Shown: positions 60,381 through 64,000 of the stretch, piece after piece | Position numbering within the stretch: the stretch's first letter is position 1 | Layout: every line of letters begins with the position of its first letter | DNA from: an uncultured Sangeribacter sp. | Lineage (GTDB): Bacteria > Bacteroidota > Bacteroidia > Bacteroidales > Muribaculaceae | DNA: 64,000 nucleotides | Direction of reading: 5' to 3' | NCBI GenBank assembly: GCA_964588625.1 | Contig: CAZPQD010000001.1 | Location: 6,023 to 70,022 of the forward strand | The notes under the pieces: generated by a model | Database searches by the model: none | Told to the model about the DNA's origin: nothing | The model's input: the letters and a program-made list of their open reading frames with translations, nothing else | Translations under genes and position numbers: made by a program

Positions 60381-60406
60381 CGATACACCAATAACAATTA
60401 TTTTTA

Positions 60407-60446
60407 GACACCCCGTCAACAGCGCTTGCGCTGTTGACGGGGTGTC
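60407..60446. terminator. 19-bp perfect hairpin downstream of pepO
   Basis: GACACCCCGTCAACAGCGC-TT-GCGCTGTTGACGGGGTGTC. Confidence 0.6.
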
Positions 60447-60516
60447 CCTCTTTCCTAACATCAAACCAACCCATCCTAATTTCCGTTTTATACAAAAACA
60501 TTAATCTCAAGACACT

Positions 60517-60819
60517 ATGGAATACATCACAGAAAAAGACCGCATCTATGCCGAAGATAAGGCCGGAAACATAGTTGCAGAAGTTACCTTCCCCTCCCAC
60601 GACGGTGTCTCAACAATCAACCATACCTTCGTAGACCCATCCCTCAGAGGTCAGGGTGTTGCCGCCGAACTCGTAAAACTCGCCGCAGACAAAATCCTCT
60701 CGGAAGGTAACAAAATAGCTGCAACCTGCTCCTATGCTGTAGCATGGTTCAAGCGTCATCCGGAATACCCCGTAGTATGTTTAGGACCTGAAGCCTGCAG
60801 CATCAAATCAAAACACTAA
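60517..60819 (+). CDS. Small GNAT-family N-acetyltransferase (YjdJ-like)
   Basis: INHTFVDPSLRGQGVA and TCSYA motifs. Confidence 0.88.
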   Translation: MEYITEKDRIYAEDKAGNIVAEVTFPSHDGVSTINHTFVDPSLRGQGVAAELVKLAADKILSEGNKIAATCSYAVAWFKRHPEYPVVCLGPEACSIKSKH

Positions 60820-60973
60820 ATCAATCAAACTCATAATATTAACTCAGTTAAGAAATTCTGCAATGCTTCTAACAATGTTCGTGCACAAAATAAGCTGATG
60901 TTGTTTACAAGACTGATAATCAGTTAAATAGATTGCTTTAATCAATTTTTCTCAAAAATAATTGCTGAAAAAT

Positions 60974-61004
60974 TTTGTGGAGTAAAAAATAAGTTGTAAT
61001 TTTG
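60974..61004 (+). promoter_or_regulatory. SigmaA promoter of tRNA-Ala
   Basis: TTTG, N19, TAATTTTG. Confidence 0.75.
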
Positions 61005-61035
61005 CAGCGTAAACAAGGAACACTTGTTACTGACT

Positions 61036-61109
61036 GGGGCATTAGCTCATCTGGCTAGAGCGTTTGACTGGCAGTCAAGAGGTGACCAGTTCGAGTCTGG
61101 TATGCTCCA
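61036..61109 (+). tRNA. tRNA-Ala (anticodon GGC); CCA not encoded
   Basis: GGGGCAT...ATGCTCC-A acceptor stem with G3:U70; anticodon loop CTGGCAG; T-loop GTTCGAGT. Confidence 0.96.
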
Positions 61110-61122
61110 CAACCTCTATTTT

Positions 61123-61162
61123 AAATCAGTTGATACTTCCATTAGTGTCAACTGATTTTTTA
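61123..61162 (+). terminator. Intrinsic terminator after tRNA-Ala
   Basis: AAATCAGTTGATAC / GTGTCAACTGATTT plus T-tract. Confidence 0.8.
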
Positions 61163-61365
61163 TTTATCTTATTGACAATCAAGAAGTTTTCGCGAATCTT
61201 AGTGATTTCTGCTTATTCTTGTTCTCATGATTTTAGCGTGCATATTCAGCCGGATTTTCATGAGAATCGAATAGAAATGTGCATGATTTGTGATGGCTTT
61301 GTGGTGGGTCAGGAATCTTTGGAAAGTAGAAGCTATATTTTTTTGTCTACTTCACAAATAGAACA

Positions 61366-61404
61366 ATCCTCTCATCCCCGAGCTGCGCTCAGGGATGAGA
61401 GGAT
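61366..61404. repeat. Palindromic hairpin related to the one at 50268-50318
   Basis: ATCCTCTCATCCC-C-GAGC-TGC-GCTC-A-GGGATGAGAGGAT. Confidence 0.75.
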
Positions 61405-61420
61405 ATAATAGAGAGCTAAG

Positions 61421-61468
61421 GCCGGGCACTTCGTACCCGGTTTACCGAAGTTCAGCCCATCCGGGGCT
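61421..61468 (-). repeat. Inverted copy of the REP-like double-hairpin core
   Basis: gccgggcacttcgtacccggtttaccgaagttcagcccatccggggct is the near-exact reverse complement of the core at 60177-60220 and 60331-60379. Confidence 0.92.
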
Positions 61469-61556
61469 GCAATTTCTATTGCTGTCACTATACGTATATG
61501 TGAGATTTTCTAAACAGTTGTTGGATGAAACTAATCATGTCGGAAAAGACTGACCT

Positions 61557-62081
61557 ATGATACAGGAGAAGGAGATTTCGGATCGGTTGTCGATTTCGGA
61601 TGTAAAGGAACTTGCAAGAAGGGCGGGGGAAGACCCGGCTTTCAAGAGTAGGCTTCTGGTGTCTGCTTTGTCTGCAAAGGGGAGAAGTGCCAATAATGCA
61701 CTGTGGGTGTTGACGCATTTGGATGAGTCGGAAAATGTATGGTTGGGGGAGAATAGGAATGCTCTGATTGACGCTGTCCTTGAGCAGCAGGAGCCTACAC
61801 CTAAGCGGATTTTGTTGCAGTTGCTTCGTCGGCTTGAGTATGAAGCAGAAGACTTGCGCTCTGACTTTCTTGATTTCTGTCTGTCAAAGATCAATTCTGA
61901 GTGCGAACCCTACGCGGTCCGCGCCAATTGTATTCACATCGCTTTAAAAATCTGCCGTCATTACCCGGAACTCCTGACCGAACTCAATCAGCACCTTGAG
62001 TTGCTTTCCCTCCAATCCCTTTCTCCCGGCCTAAAGAGCGCCTTGCGACAAACACAGAAAAAGCTTGTAAGAATACTTTGA
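61557..62081 (+). CDS. Hypothetical alpha-helical (HEAT/ARM-like) protein
   Basis: 174-aa ORF with Leu-rich amphipathic helices; NALWVLTH and EPYAVRA motifs; function not recognised. Confidence 0.7.
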   Translation: MIQEKEISDRLSISDVKELARRAGEDPAFKSRLLVSALSAKGRSANNALWVLTHLDESENVWLGENRNALIDAVLEQQEPTPKRILLQLLRRLEYEAEDLRSDFLDFCLSKINSECEPYAVRANCIHIALKICRHYPELLTELNQHLELLSLQSLSPGLKSALRQTQKKLVRIL

Positions 62082-62104
62082 TTGTTCATACTATAATAAA
62101 ACAG

Positions 62105-62136
62105 AACGACATCCACGAAATGACGCGGATGTCGTT
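62105..62136. terminator. Hairpin between convergent genes
   Basis: AACGACATCC ... GGATGTCGTT. Confidence 0.6.
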
Positions 62137-62178
62137 GCTGTATCGTATGAAATATTCCTCAGTTGAGAGGTATGAGTC

Positions 62179-63123
62179 TTACTTGAAGAGGTACTGGGAA
62201 GAAATGCTCTGGTTGTTGTGGATTCGGCGGATTGTGTCAGCGAAGAGCTTGGCCACGGGGAGCACCACTGCTTTCTCGTTCTCCTTAAGGTAGGGGATGG
62301 AGTCGGTGAAGATGATCTGGGTGAGTCCACTGGCTTTAACACGGTCGGTGGCGGGATCGCTCATCACAGCGTGGCTGGCAAGGGCGCGTACGCTCTTTGC
62401 ACCGAACTCCATGAGAAGGTCGGCTGCCTTGGTGATGGTGCCTGCAGTGTCTACAATGTCGTCAACGAGTATCACGTTCTTCCCCTCGACGTCGCCGATG
62501 ACTGTCATCTTGTCTACCACGTTGGCTTTAGCACGGGTCTTATGGCAGAGTACCAAAGGCACATCGAAATATTTTGCATAGGAGTTGGCACGTTTCGCAC
62601 CGCCTACGTCAGGAGAGGCGATCACCATATCCTTGAGGTGAAGACCCTCAATCCAGGGGATAAAGATAGAAGAGGCGTAGAGATGATCTACGGGAACGTT
62701 GAAGAAGCCCTGAATCTGGTCGGCATGGAGGTCCATTGTGATCAGACGGTCGATGCCTGCAACACTCAGAAGGTCGGCCACAAGCTTGGCGGCGATGGAT
62801 ACTCTCGGCTTGTCCTTGCGGTCCTGACGTGCCCAACCGAAGTAGGGGAGCACTGCGATGATCTTGCCGGCTGAAGCTCTTTTGGCTGCGTCTACCATCA
62901 GGAGTAGCTCCATGAGGTTATCGCTGCTGGGGAATGTGGACTGTACGAGATAAACCTCAGCACCGCGGATAGACTCTTCGAAACCTACCTCGAACTCGCC
63001 GTCGGCGAAGCGCTCCACTTTCATTTTGCCGAGTTCTATGCCAAGATCCTTACAGATTGACTCACCAAGATACTGGCTTTTGGAGCCTGCGAACACCTTG
63101 ATGGGGGGTAATGAATTACTCAT
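62179..63123 (-). CDS. prs: Ribose-phosphate pyrophosphokinase
   Basis: FADGE, PYFGWARQDRK, DLHADQIQGFF, SPDVGG, VDDIVDTAGT. Confidence 0.97.
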   Translation of the reverse strand: MSNSLPPIKVFAGSKSQYLGESICKDLGIELGKMKVERFADGEFEVGFEESIRGAEVYLVQSTFPSSDNLMELLLMVDAAKRASAGKIIAVLPYFGWARQDRKDKPRVSIAAKLVADLLSVAGIDRLITMDLHADQIQGFFNVPVDHLYASSIFIPWIEGLHLKDMVIASPDVGGAKRANSYAKYFDVPLVLCHKTRAKANVVDKMTVIGDVEGKNVILVDDIVDTAGTITKAADLLMEFGAKSVRALASHAVMSDPATDRVKASGLTQIIFTDSIPYLKENEKAVVLPVAKLFADTIRRIHNNQSISSQYLFK

Positions 63124-63177
63124 GATAAAGATAGAATATTAATTGCTTCACAAAATTACTCAATCATTTTCTATTAC

Positions 63178-64000
63178 TCAACCTTCCGGCAAGCTTTTTT
63201 TGACCTTTCCTTGTTTTTTCTTACCGGACGAAGCTTTTTCTTCCTTTTTTTGGAGGCATAGTGCTACTGCTCCCGATCCACCAATCTTTATTCTCAAAGG
63301 TTCGTTTCTTAAGACTTCCACCTCCAGCTCGTCTCCGAATAGAAGCTCCTTAGACTCCCGCTTACCCTCTTCAAGGCCTGACATATCAAATGCAAGGTCG
63401 GGAATATTGATACGGACCTCTCTTTCTTTTCGGTCGAAATTGACTACCACAAGCACTATCTCATCTGCAGTGTAACGCAAAAAGGCATACTGACTGTGAG
63501 GATCAAAGTTTGGATTCTCAAGATTTACGTACATCAAGTCGAAGAAGTTTCCTTCGCGAAGTGCCTCATCATCATTACAGAGGGTGAGTACTCTTCTGTA
63601 GAAATCTCTCAGCCAAAGTTCGGATGAGTTTGAATTTTTGCCGAAATGCTTACCGTCGGCATACCAGCGCCTCATCGTGTCATAGCTCCAATAATCGAAA
63701 ATTGTGGATCGGTCATTGTCGCCGGCAAATCCCTCATTGTCCTTTGCCGGCTCGCCGAGCTCCTGTCCGTAATAGATCATCACGGGACCCTTTGAGATAA
63801 AGGCCGTTACTGTAAGATAGGGCACCACCCGCATGGGATCCGAAGCAAATGCTTTTGATGCAAACCTCACCTCATCATGATTCTCAAGAAAATTGAGCAT
63901 CCTGTCGCCGATGCCGTCAACTGTCTGCCAGCACTGTGTCAGTCTGGCTGCTGAATGATTATGACGCTCTATGGATACGAGTGTATCGTAGAGATTCACC
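63178..64000 (-). CDS. Alpha-amylase family (GH13) protein, C-terminal part (start lies outside the window)
   Basis: FLENHDEVR, PVMIYYGQELG, YAFLR...VVVNF. Confidence 0.85.
   Translation of the reverse strand, partial: VNLYDTLVSIERHNHSAARLTQCWQTVDGIGDRMLNFLENHDEVRFASKAFASDPMRVVPYLTVTAFISKGPVMIYYGQELGEPAKDNEGFAGDNDRSTIFDYWSYDTMRRWYADGKHFGKNSNSSELWLRDFYRRVLTLCNDDEALREGNFFDLMYVNLENPNFDPHSQYAFLRYTADEIVLVVVNFDRKEREVRINIPDLAFDMSGLEEGKRESKELLFGDELEVEVLRNEPLRIKIGGSGAVALCLQKKEEKASSGKKKQGKVKKSLPEG

Noticed and set aside
60163-60600. 145-aa repetitive minus-strand ORF (and 60274-60504)
   Set aside because: It is a translation of the non-coding REP-like repeats and overlaps the GNAT gene.
61110-61550. 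Integrative element at tRNA-Ala
   Set aside because: No integrase and no duplicated tRNA 3' end were seen in the window.

Overview
A 64 kb chromosomal segment from a Bacteroidales bacterium. The TAnnTTTG promoters, Mfa1/Mfa2 type V pilins and a T9SS-like C-terminal domain point that way; Muribaculaceae is an inference from protein style. Most genes are housekeeping: uvrB (partial), maf, kdsC, sod, plsC, mreB-mreC-mreD-mrdA-rodA, gyrA, recJ, recQ, nadE, tsaC, fmt, menD-menB-menC-menE, a DEAD-box helicase, cinA, tsaD, tamB, pepO, tRNA-Ala(GGC), prs and a partial GH13. Accessory content comprises a convergent GH20/GH85 pair, an 1105-aa secreted HEXXH metalloprotease, a HigBA-like toxin-antitoxin pair and a two-gene type V pilus locus. 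No integrase, transposase, phage or cas genes were seen. The most unusual signals are non-coding. (1) Telomere-like heptamer arrays (nCCTAAw / wTTAGGn) show a consistent polarity: the G-rich strand directly follows stop codons and the C-rich strand precedes the next gene. They place stop codons in all three frames. (2) A ~78-bp REP-like double-hairpin element with C-GNA-G triloops occurs as three tandem copies plus an inverted copy 1 kb away, bracketing a GNAT gene and tRNA-Ala. (3) An 8-bp-periodic TGnCA array lies at a convergent gene junction. (4) The gyrA leader is structured. Protein oddities are a ThiE-fold protein lacking nearly all catalytic motifs, a ~45-aa acidic insertion in the GyrA C-terminal domain, and an internal TM-hairpin duplication in an LTA-synthase-family protein. 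All calls come from reading motifs by eye; no searches were run.
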